The position numbers and the translations under genes are program-made. A model generated the notes under the pieces. That model was not told where the DNA came from and ran no database searches. It saw only the letters and a program-made list of their open reading frames with translations. A stretch of 64,000 bases of DNA from an uncultured Planctomycetia bacterium (lineage in GTDB: Bacteria > Omnitrophota > Gorgyraeia > Duberdicusellales > 4484-171), in NCBI GenBank assembly GCA_964489445.1, contig CAZAYU010000001.1:375968-439967 (forward strand). The letters run 5' to 3'. Positions within the stretch are counted from its first letter, which is position 1; each line of letters begins with the position of its first letter. This document shows, in pieces, positions 51,116 through 61,228 of the stretch.

Positions 51116-51598
51116 TTAATTATTTTTCCGAAAATAATCGGAAAAATCAATTCGCTCTTTTCCTAATTTAACATTGCTGAGTTTTATCTTCAGCGTCTTA
51201 TCTGTTTTTTTTATGGATAAATAGTCATTGTCAACTGACTCTACTTCGCCCTCTAAATATGTCTTCCTGCAAACTGGATCAACTAGCCACAGACAAACCT
51301 TTCTTCCTATAACTCTTAAAAAATCATTTTTTGTTTTTAGCGCTCTATCCAACCCTGGAGAGCTCACTTCGACATTATAATCAGCGCCTAGGATATTACT
51401 TGTTTCCAAATAATGACCTATATTTTTATTAATTTTTACACACTCATCTACAGTTATCCCCTCAGGGAAACGATCAACGACACAATAAATAATATACTGC
51501 CCCTTCCTTTGAAAAACATTAACTTTTAATGCTTCCACCCCACCGGAGCTAACTATATTCTTTATCTTATCAAAAGCTTCCTGCTTATCCATAACCAT
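51116..51598 (-). CDS. rimP: Ribosome maturation factor RimP
   Basis: GITVDEC, YNVEVSSPGLDR; upstream of nusA. Confidence 0.93.
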   Translation of the reverse strand: MVMDKQEAFDKIKNIVSSGGVEALKVNVFQRKGQYIIYCVVDRFPEGITVDECVKINKNIGHYLETSNILGADYNVEVSSPGLDRALKTKNDFLRVIGRKVCLWLVDPVCRKTYLEGEVESVDNDYLSIKKTDKTLKIKLSNVKLGKERIDFSDYFRKNN

Positions 51599-51647
51599 AA
51601 TCTTATATTAAGTATACTAATTATTTAGAAAATATTTTCTACTTATT

Positions 51648-52874
51648 CTAACCTTCACCGTTGACTAAAAAGTTAATTGCCTCTTCTTTTTTGAAGCTTC
51701 TCTTCTCTTTTGTCCTCCTAATCTCTAAATCAATAATTTTATCTTTTAAGTATTTTTTCCCCAAAATTAAAATATACGGATTTCCGATAAGATAGGCATC
51801 ATTAAACTTAACCCCGGCGCTTTCTTTACGATCATCAATCAACACAGATAACCCGTTTTTTTCCAAAGCCCTTTCAATGTCCAAGGCTTCACCTAACAAC
51901 GCTTTATCCAAAACTACCAAACTAACGCTATAGGGAGCAATACTCTTCGGCCAAACTAATCCTTTTTCATCCGAATTAATTTCAGCAACAGCCGAAAGTA
52001 TCCTGCTTACACCAATCCCGTAGCAACCCATAATAAACGGTTTTCTTTTGCCTTGTTCATTAAGAAAAAAAGCATTTTGAGCCACTGAATACTTAGGACC
52101 TAATTGAAAAATATGCCCCACCTCAACCACTTCTTTCTTGATCAATTGACCACCGCAAAGACTACAGTCAGATTCTTTGCTAAAATATTTACCACATTTT
52201 TCACAATAAAAAGCACTATCTTCTCCGATTTTGGAAGGAACCATAAACTCATGAGATACGCTACCACCCATGGCTCCAGAATCTGCTTCAAATTTTATAA
52301 AATCAAGTTCACACTCTTGGAATATTTTTTTGTAAGCATCAAGCATTTTCTGATAATTTTTCTCAAGACCCTGGATATCTTTATCGAAGCTATAGCCATC
52401 CTTCATCATAAACTCACAACTTCTCATTACTCCAAATCGCACCCTCGGCTCATCTCGAAACTTTGTCTGAATTTGATAAAGAATAAACGGAAGCTGCCGA
52501 TAAGAAAAAACATAGCGTTTAACAATCTCCGTAATTTCTTCTTCATGGGTAGGTCCTAAACACAATTCTCTGTTCTTACGATCTTGAAATTTAAACATAA
52601 CTTCATCTAAATCTTTATCCCGGCCTGTTTTTTTCCATATTTCTAAAGGCTGAAGAGCGCTCATGAATAATTCCTGAGCACCCTCGGCATTCATATTCTT
52701 GCGAATAATCTTACTTATATTATTTAACACCCGATAACCTAAAGGTAAATAAGTATACACTCCCGATGAAACCATAAATAAGAAACAACCTTTTAGCAAG
52801 TATTTATGGCTTTGACACTCCGCAGTCTTCGGATCTTCTCTCAGAGTAAAAATAAAACTTTCAGAAAATAACAT
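51648..52874 (-). CDS. proS: Proline-tRNA ligase without the INS editing domain
   Basis: LGPTHEE, KFRDEPR, EVGHIF, MGCYGIG; only 408 aa. Confidence 0.95.
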   Translation of the reverse strand: MLFSESFIFTLREDPKTAECQSHKYLLKGCFLFMVSSGVYTYLPLGYRVLNNISKIIRKNMNAEGAQELFMSALQPLEIWKKTGRDKDLDEVMFKFQDRKNRELCLGPTHEEEITEIVKRYVFSYRQLPFILYQIQTKFRDEPRVRFGVMRSCEFMMKDGYSFDKDIQGLEKNYQKMLDAYKKIFQECELDFIKFEADSGAMGGSVSHEFMVPSKIGEDSAFYCEKCGKYFSKESDCSLCGGQLIKKEVVEVGHIFQLGPKYSVAQNAFFLNEQGKRKPFIMGCYGIGVSRILSAVAEINSDEKGLVWPKSIAPYSVSLVVLDKALLGEALDIERALEKNGLSVLIDDRKESAGVKFNDAYLIGNPYILILGKKYLKDKIIDLEIRRTKEKRSFKKEEAINFLVNGEG

Positions 52875-52877
52875 AAA

Positions 52878-54125
52878 TTATTTTAGTTGATCAATAAAAA
52901 TATTTTTATCTATTTTAATCCCTTGTTTTTCAATAATATTTAAAAATTTTGGCACACCATTCGCTTTAAATTTTCCTTTCACTTTGAAATCATCTGTTGT
53001 TTCGTCTATCTCGTAACGAAAAATATCATGTAAAACTATTCTGTTTTCTTTTACTCCCTCTACTTCGGTAATATGAGTTATCTTCCTTGTACCATCAACA
53101 AATTGCTCCTGCTGAACGATCAAATCTAAACCAGATGAAATCTGCTCGCGAATAGCCCAAGAAGGAAGGTTAAGTCCTGCGTACAACGCCATTGTTTCTA
53201 ACCGCACAATACTATCAAACGGGCTAGAAGCATGAATTACCGCTAAGGACCCTCTGTGCCCACTGTTTAAGGCCTGCAAAAAATCCATCGCTTCTTCACC
53301 TCTTATTTCTCCGAGAATAATTCTTGTCGGTCGCATTCTTAATGTATTCCGAAATAAATCACGTGTAGAAAACGCTCCTTTTCCTTCGATGTTCGCCGGT
53401 TTAGTCAATAACCTTACCAAATGTTTCTGACGTAAACTCAATTCTAATGCATCTTCGATAGTAATAATCCTTTCCTGAGGATCGATGTATGAGGAAAGCA
53501 CTTCCAACGTAGTTGTTTTACCACTTCCAGTTGCCCCCGAAAACAAAATATTCATTTTAGCCTTAACGCAAGCAACTAAAAATTCTCCCATTCTCGCATC
53601 AACAGTCCCCATTTCAACTAGATTATCAACATTCTTAATGGAATTTAAAAACTTCCGGATTGTCACAACCGCATCCTTGGCAGAAAGAGGTGGCAATATG
53701 ACATTAACCCGCGCTCCATCACCTAAAGAAAAATCAGCAAACGGTGAACTTTCATCTACCCTACGTCCGGACGGAGAAATCATTTTTTCAATAATATATT
53801 TTAAATGAGCCGCATCATCAAATTTAACTTCTGAAGCTATCTTTTTCCCTTCTTTCTCTACATATATCGTAAATGGACCGTTAACCATAATTTCCGTAAT
53901 CTTTTCGTCGTCGATTAAACTCTGTAAAGGCCCCAATCCCAGAAAATCGGAAGAAACGGAATGAATTATTTCTTTTTTTGTCTTATCGTTAATTCCTAAA
54001 TGTTTATTTTGCTCTAAAAACAAGGTAACCTTTTCACTGATAAAATCAACAGTTAATTCTTCCTGATTACCAACCCAAGAAATGATCGCATGACGAAGCT
54101 TGTTTTTGATATTTTTTAATTCCAT
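52878..54125 (-). CDS. CpaF/TadA-family pilus assembly ATPase
   Basis: GLGPL, EIMVNGP, IRKF, Walker A GATGSGKTT, TIED..EL, LRMRP.RIILGEIRG, GH.GS. Confidence 0.92.
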   Translation of the reverse strand: MELKNIKNKLRHAIISWVGNQEELTVDFISEKVTLFLEQNKHLGINDKTKKEIIHSVSSDFLGLGPLQSLIDDEKITEIMVNGPFTIYVEKEGKKIASEVKFDDAAHLKYIIEKMISPSGRRVDESSPFADFSLGDGARVNVILPPLSAKDAVVTIRKFLNSIKNVDNLVEMGTVDARMGEFLVACVKAKMNILFSGATGSGKTTTLEVLSSYIDPQERIITIEDALELSLRQKHLVRLLTKPANIEGKGAFSTRDLFRNTLRMRPTRIILGEIRGEEAMDFLQALNSGHRGSLAVIHASSPFDSIVRLETMALYAGLNLPSWAIREQISSGLDLIVQQEQFVDGTRKITHITEVEGVKENRIVLHDIFRYEIDETTDDFKVKGKFKANGVPKFLNIIEKQGIKIDKNIFIDQLK

Positions 54126-55159
54126 ATTTTTCCAATCTCCTTCTTAAGATCAACTATTATTTTTTTTTCACTAGTTTGACAAATAATATTGTTTTTCCTG
54201 AAGATAACTGCTTTTCTCTTGCCAAAAGCCACTCCGATGTCTGCTTGCTGCGCTTCACCAGGCCCATTTACCACACACCCCATCAATGCTACTTTCAAAT
54301 GTTTATCTACTTGCACATTGCTGATTTCTTTTTGAAATTTACTAACAATACTTATAAGGTCCACCTCACACCGCGAACAAGTAGGGCAAGAAATAATTTC
54401 TATGCCAAACTTCCTTAAATCTAACGCGCTTAGAATCTCTTTTGCAGCAATTATTTCCTGAAAAGAGGGCGCAGTTAGCGATACTCTTATGACATCTCCA
54501 ATACCCTCGCTGAGTAAATTTCCTATCCCGATTGAAGACTTAATTAATCCGGACATAAATGGGCCAGTAGCGGTAACACCTAAATGAAGAGGGTAGTCAC
54601 TTTTCTGCGAAAATAATTTATTAGCAATAATTGTTGTCCGAACGTTAGCTCCTTTTAGAGAAACCATTATATCAAAAAACCCTTTATCTTCTAAAATGCT
54701 AATATATTTAAGCGCTTTACTTACCATTTTAGTAGCAAAATTTTTCGGAGAAAAGGTCTTCTGCTTAAACCCGCCAGAATTTATACCTACTCGTATAGAA
54801 ATATTTCTAGCCTTAGCTGCCTCTGCTATTTGCTGAACATCTTTTTTACGAGTGATATTTAAAGGGTTCAGCCTTATACCATCGAAACCAGCATCAACTG
54901 CTAAAAGTGCTAAATCGCAATTAAAGTGAATATCAGCTACTAATGGTAAAGAAATATTTTTCTTAAGAATTTTAAAAGTACTGATATCTTTTTTTTCTTT
55001 AACCGCCAATCTTATAACTTCTGCTCCTTGCTTTTCTAGGTTCTGAGCTTCTTGAATAAGTTTCTTTGTATTACAAGAAGGAGTTTTAATCATTCCTTTT
55101 ATTCTTACCGGATTATTTCCTCCTATTTTAACCTTTCCTATTTTAACTACTTTACTCAT
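54116..55159 (-). CDS. ispG: HMBPP synthase
   Basis: PLVADIHF, RVGINSG, PLHLGVT, SCPTCSR, GCVVNGPGE. Confidence 0.95.
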   Translation of the reverse strand: MSKVVKIGKVKIGGNNPVRIKGMIKTPSCNTKKLIQEAQNLEKQGAEVIRLAVKEKKDISTFKILKKNISLPLVADIHFNCDLALLAVDAGFDGIRLNPLNITRKKDVQQIAEAAKARNISIRVGINSGGFKQKTFSPKNFATKMVSKALKYISILEDKGFFDIMVSLKGANVRTTIIANKLFSQKSDYPLHLGVTATGPFMSGLIKSSIGIGNLLSEGIGDVIRVSLTAPSFQEIIAAKEILSALDLRKFGIEIISCPTCSRCEVDLISIVSKFQKEISNVQVDKHLKVALMGCVVNGPGEAQQADIGVAFGKRKAVIFRKNNIICQTSEKKIIVDLKKEIGKIWN

Positions 55160-55184
55160 TAAAAATACCTTTCCTGATTTATGC

Positions 55185-56279
55185 TTAATGGCTTTTATCT
55201 ATCGATATCTCTTGAGATCCTCTTTTCCATATCCTCGGTCCAAACCGCATTATATCATTGTAAAACACAAAAATTATTAAAACTCCTAACAACCCCATGC
55301 CTAAGCGAGTTAATATATCTTCGGTTTTTTCTTTTAGTGGTTTGCCACGTATTTTCTCAATTAAAAAAAATAAAATATGCCCTCCATCTAAAACCGGAAA
55401 CGGCACCAAATTAATTACTGCTAAACTTACATTTAAAACTGCTGCAAGCTGCAACACGGCAGTAAGTCCTACTTTTGCTGCTTCCGAGGTAATATAAAAT
55501 ATTCCTACTGGCCCAGCGACTGCCTCTTTAAACGGAATTATACCTAAGATCATGAACAAAAAACCTTTAACGATTAAAAAGGTTAGATTCAATAAAGTCT
55601 TTCCACCTTGAAATATTGCATCCAAAAAACCATAGCGCACAATCTTTCTTTGTGAAGAAGCTGATATGCCCATAATCGATACATTTTTTTTCCTTCCAAA
55701 ATTATCTAATATTTCCTCTTTTTTCAACGGAACTTCTAAAACAAGCTGTTTATTTGCGCGTTCAATGCTAAGTATTACTTTTCCTTCTGCATCATATACG
55801 ACATCTACTACTTCCTGCCAAGTATTAACCGGTTTGCTATTGACTTCTGTAATTCTATCCCCTGTTTCTATCCCAGCTGCTTGAGCCGGATAGCCTTCTA
55901 AAACACTACCCACAATAGTGTCTGAATACGGAAAACCGAGAAAAAAAATAAGACAAAACAAAACAAACGCAAAAAGATAATTAAATAACGGGCCAGCAAA
56001 AACTATTCTCATTTTTACACCCACCGGCTGAGATAAAAATTCATCTTTAGCGCCTTTATGCTCACCACGTGAATCACCAGCCATTTTCACATATCCACCT
56101 AATGGAAAAGCACAAATTAAAAATTGTGTTTGTTTTCCGTTGATTCTTAATAATTCCGGACCAAATCCAATAGAAAATTTTTCCACCCGCACTCCCGCTT
56201 GTCGAGCAGCAAGAAAATGACCAAACTCATGGATAACTATCAACGCACTAAAAATAAGAATTGTAATTAAAAAAGTCAC
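55185..56279 (-). CDS. rseP: RIP metalloprotease RseP
   Basis: HEFGH, PDZ domain, NLVP.P.LDGG. Confidence 0.96.
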   Translation of the reverse strand: MTFLITILIFSALIVIHEFGHFLAARQAGVRVEKFSIGFGPELLRINGKQTQFLICAFPLGGYVKMAGDSRGEHKGAKDEFLSQPVGVKMRIVFAGPLFNYLFAFVLFCLIFFLGFPYSDTIVGSVLEGYPAQAAGIETGDRITEVNSKPVNTWQEVVDVVYDAEGKVILSIERANKQLVLEVPLKKEEILDNFGRKKNVSIMGISASSQRKIVRYGFLDAIFQGGKTLLNLTFLIVKGFLFMILGIIPFKEAVAGPVGIFYITSEAAKVGLTAVLQLAAVLNVSLAVINLVPFPVLDGGHILFFLIEKIRGKPLKEKTEDILTRLGMGLLGVLIIFVFYNDIMRFGPRIWKRGSQEISIDKSH

Positions 56280-57463
56280 TTTCCCTCCAAATATTTTTTG
56301 GCTCTTTCTCGAGCCCAGCTATCCCAATAAAACACATCATTAATTGTTCTAATTCTACAAGGTTGATAATTCTTATACAAATATTTCATTACCTTATTAA
56401 TCATGCCAAACTCTATTTTCCCTTTTAAAAAATAGTCTACACTAACTTCATCGGCGGCATTTAGAATAGTTAAAGAATTATCTTTTTTCAGCGCCGCATT
56501 TAAGATTACCTTAAATAGCGGATACCTACGATAGTTGATTTTATTAAACGTGCAACAAAACATCTTTTTTTCATCAAAAATATTTTTGCTTCGACCAGAT
56601 GAAAACCCAGAGGAAGCATCAAACCGCTTTGGATAATATAAAGCATGAGAAATAGGAATTTTCATGTCTGGCTTATAGAAAGAAGCTAAAAAACTATTAT
56701 CAGAAAATTGAACTAAAGCATGAATAATTGACTCATTATGCAAGGTAACATCAATCATTGAATAAGGAATATTAAAAAAATAATGTGCCTCTACAACCTC
56801 AAAAGCTTTATTCACTAAAGTAGCACTATCTACTGTTATGCGACTACCCATTTTCCAATTAGGATGAGACAAAACCTCTTTAGCTTTAACATTTGCTAAA
56901 TCTTCCTTTGAACAATTAACCAGGGCTCCTCCAGAAGCAGTAAGAAGCACTTTTTTAAAATGATGTTTATTATGATTACTTTTTCCCTCAACCTGCAACA
57001 ACTGAAAAAGTGCATTTATTTCGCTGTCTACTGGTAATATCTGAGTGTTATTCTTTTTAGCTTCTTTAAATACCAAAGAGCCGGCACACACTATTGATTC
57101 TTTGTTAGCCAGCGCTATTCTTTTTGTATATTTTAAATTAATCATTAACGGCCGAAGACACGAAACGCCAGAAATTGCCATTAAGGAGATGTCTGAAGAA
57201 ATCTTGGAAAACTGCTCTAACCCTTTTTCTCCTTTAAATATTTTTATTTCCCGGTTCAGTTTTCCTTCTATGCTCTTAGCAGCAATCTCGTCTCTCACGC
57301 AAACATAGAGTGGCCTAAATTCTTTAATTTGTCGGTAAAGATCTTTTACGTTTCGATTAGCACAAAGCCCAATTACTTTAAACTGATTATTTGCTTTTCT
57401 AATAACTTCTAAAGCATTTTTCCCCACCGAACCCGTAGAACCAAATATTAATATTTTCTTCAT
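56276..57463 (-). CDS. dxr: 1-deoxy-D-xylulose-5-phosphate reductoisomerase
   Basis: GSTGSVG, LANKES, PVDSE, TASGG, HPNWKMG, DSAT..NK. Confidence 0.95.
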   Translation of the reverse strand: MKKILIFGSTGSVGKNALEVIRKANNQFKVIGLCANRNVKDLYRQIKEFRPLYVCVRDEIAAKSIEGKLNREIKIFKGEKGLEQFSKISSDISLMAISGVSCLRPLMINLKYTKRIALANKESIVCAGSLVFKEAKKNNTQILPVDSEINALFQLLQVEGKSNHNKHHFKKVLLTASGGALVNCSKEDLANVKAKEVLSHPNWKMGSRITVDSATLVNKAFEVVEAHYFFNIPYSMIDVTLHNESIIHALVQFSDNSFLASFYKPDMKIPISHALYYPKRFDASSGFSSGRSKNIFDEKKMFCCTFNKINYRRYPLFKVILNAALKKDNSLTILNAADEVSVDYFLKGKIEFGMINKVMKYLYKNYQPCRIRTINDVFYWDSWARERAKKYLEGK

Positions 57464-57498
57464 ACCTTTCTATCTATCTTGCGACAGCCTATATGCTT

Positions 57499-58290
57499 TT
57501 AACGCATCATTGTAAGATAAAGATAAAGTGTAGGCGCAGTAAAGATTAAGCTATCAATTACATCCAAGATTCCGCCCATACCCGGCAAAATCTTTCCTGA
57601 ATCCTTTACCCCGCAATCTCTTTTTATTAACGACTCAAAAAGATCACCCAATTGAGAGATTACCGCTAAAATTATAATTAAAAAAAACTTTTCTAAAAAA
57701 GTAATACTTCCAATAAGTGGAGAAAACGCTAACCCCACCGCTAAACTAGTAAAAAATCCACCTACAGCTCCCTCTAAAGACTTATTAGGGCTAATCCGAG
57801 TAATCAAAGGCGTTTTTCCAAATTTTTTCCCCCAAAGATAAGCACCAATGTCCGATGATTTTGTCACTAATATTAAAAAGCCAGCGAGTATTGCTCCCTC
57901 GGGAAGCTGCCTAATCCTAATTAAAAACGAAAAACACCAAGAAATATAAATTACTCCAAACACCGTCGCCGAAATAGACAAAACAGAATGATGCGTGTCT
58001 TTTTTACTTAGCTCAAGAAGAAATAAAATAAAAATTGCAATAATTACAAATAAAAATTGCCATCCTTCTTTAACCGAAAAACGAAAATAAATAGTTATGG
58101 GTATAAGCCCTCCCACTAAAAGCCCTAGTGGTTTAAATAAGCGAACACCTTTTTTTTCAACCATATAAAAAAATTCATACAGGCTAGCCAAAATCAACAA
58201 ACAAGACAATAAGCCACATAAAGAATAATAAATTGTAGAAAAAACAGTGACTATCACTAAAACTATCGATGACCCTAAACGTTTACGCAT
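57499..58290 (-). CDS. cdsA: Phosphatidate cytidylyltransferase
   Basis: DIGAY, ISPNKS.EG, GDLFESLIKR..GVKDSG..LPG.GG.LD. Confidence 0.95.
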   Translation of the reverse strand: MRKRLGSSIVLVIVTVFSTIYYSLCGLLSCLLILASLYEFFYMVEKKGVRLFKPLGLLVGGLIPITIYFRFSVKEGWQFLFVIIAIFILFLLELSKKDTHHSVLSISATVFGVIYISWCFSFLIRIRQLPEGAILAGFLILVTKSSDIGAYLWGKKFGKTPLITRISPNKSLEGAVGGFFTSLAVGLAFSPLIGSITFLEKFFLIIILAVISQLGDLFESLIKRDCGVKDSGKILPGMGGILDVIDSLIFTAPTLYLYLTMMR

Positions 58291-58987
58291 CTATCCTCCC
58301 GAATTTCCGCTTTCTATTACTGTAAGATTCTATTGCCGCAAGTAAATCCTTTTTTTTAAAGTCCGGCCACAATACAGGCGTAAAATAACATTCCGAATAA
58401 GCTAAATCCCATAATAAAAAATTGCTTATTCGCTGCTCCCCGGAAGTCCGAATAAGAAGATCCGGATCGCAAACACCTCCTAGCGCAGTATATCTTTTAA
58501 ATATATCCTCATCAATTGCATTTTTCTGTATTTTTTTATTCATAACATCTTCCGTAACCTGTTTAGCCGCATTTAAAATATCCCATCTCCCTCCATAATC
58601 TAAAGCAACATTAAAAATAAAACTTTTATTTTCTCTGGTCATCATCTCTACCCTTTCAATACTCTTTAGGGCCTCCTTGCTTAAACGATCTCTTCTTCCT
58701 ATTGCCTTAAATTGAATATTATTTTCAATAAGCTCTTCTTCATAATCAGCTAAAAAACGCACTAAATAAGAAAATATAAAGTTTATCTCCTGTTTTGGCC
58801 TATTCCAATTCTCAGTAGAAAAAGCAAAAACAGTTAGCACTTTAACACCAACTTTCTTTGCTTCACGCAAGATCTCTTTTACCCTCCCTACACCTTTTCT
58901 GTGCCCAATAGCACGTGGCAGATTTCTTTTCTTAGCCCAACGCCCATTACCATCCATAATTACTGCAATATGTTCAGGTATTGTCAA
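58283..58987 (-). CDS. uppS: Undecaprenyl diphosphate synthase
   Basis: HIAVIMDGNGRWA, FSTENW.RP, IRTSGEQRISNFL. Confidence 0.97.
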   Translation of the reverse strand: MTIPEHIAVIMDGNGRWAKKRNLPRAIGHRKGVGRVKEILREAKKVGVKVLTVFAFSTENWNRPKQEINFIFSYLVRFLADYEEELIENNIQFKAIGRRDRLSKEALKSIERVEMMTRENKSFIFNVALDYGGRWDILNAAKQVTEDVMNKKIQKNAIDEDIFKRYTALGGVCDPDLLIRTSGEQRISNFLLWDLAYSECYFTPVLWPDFKKKDLLAAIESYSNRKRKFGRIDA

Positions 58988-59013
58988 TTAATCGTCCCCT
59001 TGACTTAAAATAC

Positions 59014-59036
59014 AATGGGGGCTTAAAGCCCCCATT
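59014..59036 (-). terminator. Intrinsic terminator-like hairpin after the 59065-59421 gene
   Basis: AATGGGGGCT-TTA-AGCCCCCATT followed by GTATTTT on the minus strand. Confidence 0.65.
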
Positions 59037-59064
59037 TAGGAATACACACTCTTCTTCTTAATGC

Positions 59065-59421
59065 TTATTCTTCTTGCAGCTTTCTGTTCATCAATTCTTC
59101 TTTAAGGCTCTCTTCCAATTTCTTATTCAGCATTTGAAGTTTTAAGTTGCCTTCATTGATGGTTTTTATTTTAGTATTTAGTTTTATTTCTTCTGTTTTG
59201 AAGTTGTCTATTTTTTCTTTTAACTCATCAATATTTTTTTGAAGTTTGCTACTATTGCTTTTTAAATCTTCAATATTTTTCCCCAGACTTATGCTTGTGG
59301 CTAACTCTTCCCTATAAGTATTAGCTAGAGCGTTCATTTTTACCAGTATCGACACACCAGCAATAACCAGGACCACCACCAGCCCTACTAATAAACTTAC
59401 AATAATCGGGTTATTTTTCAT
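59065..59421 (-). CDS. Hypothetical protein, N-terminal TM helix plus coiled coil
   Basis: Hydrophobic N-terminus, heptad-rich body, GGAGG SD. Confidence 0.65.
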   Translation of the reverse strand: MKNNPIIVSLLVGLVVVLVIAGVSILVKMNALANTYREELATSISLGKNIEDLKSNSSKLQKNIDELKEKIDNFKTEEIKLNTKIKTINEGNLKLQMLNKKLEESLKEELMNRKLQEE

Positions 59422-59474
59422 TTCTTCTGCCTCCTTTTCCTTTATATTCTATCAAGCTAAATACTAAATAAATA

Positions 59475-60161
59475 TTATTTTAATTCTTCTTCAATAAATT
59501 CTTCTTCAATAAATTCTTCCTCAATTGCCTCTCCTCCGTCGCTTTTGTCTATTATTTCATCTTCATAAATAATTTCTTCATCCCGAGCAATCTTAGGCAA
59601 GACAACTATCTCTACTCTCCGATTAAACTGTCTGCCTTCTTCTGTATCATTGGAATCAATCGGCTGATATTGACCATAACCTATTGCCTTTAACCTTAAA
59701 GGAGAAACACCTTTGCCCTCTAAATAATAAAGAACACTCAAAGCTCGTTGTGTTGAAAGCTCCCAATTTGTCTTCCAACGTGAATACCTTATCGGTTCAT
59801 TATCAGTATGCCCTTCAATGCCTATGTCATTTTCATAAGCTTCATTAACTAAAACCTCTACTACTTTATTTAAAGCAGAATAACAACCTGTTTTAAGGTC
59901 AGCTTTCCCTGAGTCAAACAACACTTCAGCAACAAAAGTAATTACTAATCCTTTCTCGGCTATTTCCAGCCTTATCTGTTTACCTTCTATCTCTTTAGAT
60001 AAGGATTTATTCAATGAATCACGAGCATCTTTAAGCTCGTCTAGGCGACTTTTTAGCACCTCTATTCTTTCAATGTCCGAACGCCTTCCTTTTTGTAAAA
60101 TCAAGGTGCATCCGTTTAATACAAAAATAGCAAAAACGAGCACAAAAATTATTTTTCTCAT
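59475..60161 (-). CDS. OmpA/MotB-family peptidoglycan-binding lipoprotein
   Basis: LNGC lipobox, VLFDSG.A.L, IEGHTD, NWELS..RA, NRRVEI. Confidence 0.9.
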   Translation of the reverse strand: MRKIIFVLVFAIFVLNGCTLILQKGRRSDIERIEVLKSRLDELKDARDSLNKSLSKEIEGKQIRLEIAEKGLVITFVAEVLFDSGKADLKTGCYSALNKVVEVLVNEAYENDIGIEGHTDNEPIRYSRWKTNWELSTQRALSVLYYLEGKGVSPLRLKAIGYGQYQPIDSNDTEEGRQFNRRVEIVVLPKIARDEEIIYEDEIIDKSDGGEAIEEEFIEEEFIEEELK

Positions 60162-60411
60162 TTCCTATCCTCCTTACATAATTATATTTAATAACTATGT
60201 ATAAACCTATTGACTCCAAAGATTTAAGATATTTATTCCTTACAATCCACCAATTTAATTTCTCTTAAATTATACAGAAAATAGCTGGTTTAGATTATCA
60301 TAATCAGCTTCGCAAGTCAAGAAATTTCAGCTTACCCTATGTGCTTATAGTTAACTCACAATTATACGCATAGATAGCAAGCAATTATTCTGAAAATTAC
60401 ACCTCAATAGT

Positions 60412-61002
60412 CTAACTTGCCTCTGCTGTAACCTTCTTCAGAGTATTTCTCATTTCCTCAAAATGCTCTGATATTAAGGCATTGATCTTCTGCTGCACAT
60501 TTTCACTTAGATTCTCTGCATTCATTAAACCTTTTGCCTCGTATAAATATTCAGCTAAAGAAGATTCTACGCTTCTTCCTCTAACAATTTCGACCAAAAG
60601 CATTGCATAAACATTAGCAAATTTATTAATAATTAATTCTGTTCTCGCTTCCGAAATTCCCGAATCAAGAAACAAAGAGACAACTTGAAAAGAAAATTCC
60701 TGACGTTTATGAAAAACACTCCACTCAGGGCGATTACCAACAATTAATTTTTCCCTGCTTGAAAGAGCCGGATTATTATCTAGAGTACTCTTGATATCCG
60801 TCTTACTATCCTCTACTTTTTCTAAAACAACGAAAGAAAAAATATCGGCAATATTTTTTGCTGATTGCTCTTTCTCTAAATTTTTCTTTATATCATTCTT
60901 GTACTGATTAAAATCAATCATCTCCCTAGCCATAACCTGAAATTCACTCAAGCCAGTAATTATTAAAATCGATATTACCAAAATAAAAATATTTTTCTTC
61001 AT
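60412..61002 (-). CDS. Hypothetical secreted protein
   Basis: MKKNIFILVI signal-like N-terminus behind a GGAGG SD; no family recognised. Confidence 0.6.
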   Translation of the reverse strand: MKKNIFILVISILIITGLSEFQVMAREMIDFNQYKNDIKKNLEKEQSAKNIADIFSFVVLEKVEDSKTDIKSTLDNNPALSSREKLIVGNRPEWSVFHKRQEFSFQVVSLFLDSGISEARTELIINKFANVYAMLLVEIVRGRSVESSLAEYLYEAKGLMNAENLSENVQQKINALISEHFEEMRNTLKKVTAEAS

Positions 61003-61158
61003 GGTGCCTCCCTGTTTATTTTTTTTAGACAAAATAATAATATAGCTTTAGAAAACAAACTACTCTTATGAATAAATCATACTACTTGTTTAAGAATATT
61101 TCAATAAAAATATAGTTATTCTCTTGGAATGGTAAATCATAAAATACACCTTTCGTCA

Positions 61159-61219
61159 TTCTCTGTCAAAAATAAATGAACAACTTATTTTTGACAGAGA
61201 AAACATCATATGCTAAACT
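61159..61219. promoter_or_regulatory. Back-to-back sigma70 promoters within a 17-bp perfect inverted repeat
   Basis: TTCTCTGTCAAAAATAA-N9-TTATTTTTGACAGAGAA; + strand TTGACA-17-TAAACT with TG extension; - strand TTGACA-17-TATTTT. Confidence 0.7.
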
Positions 61220-61228
61220 ATCTTAATT

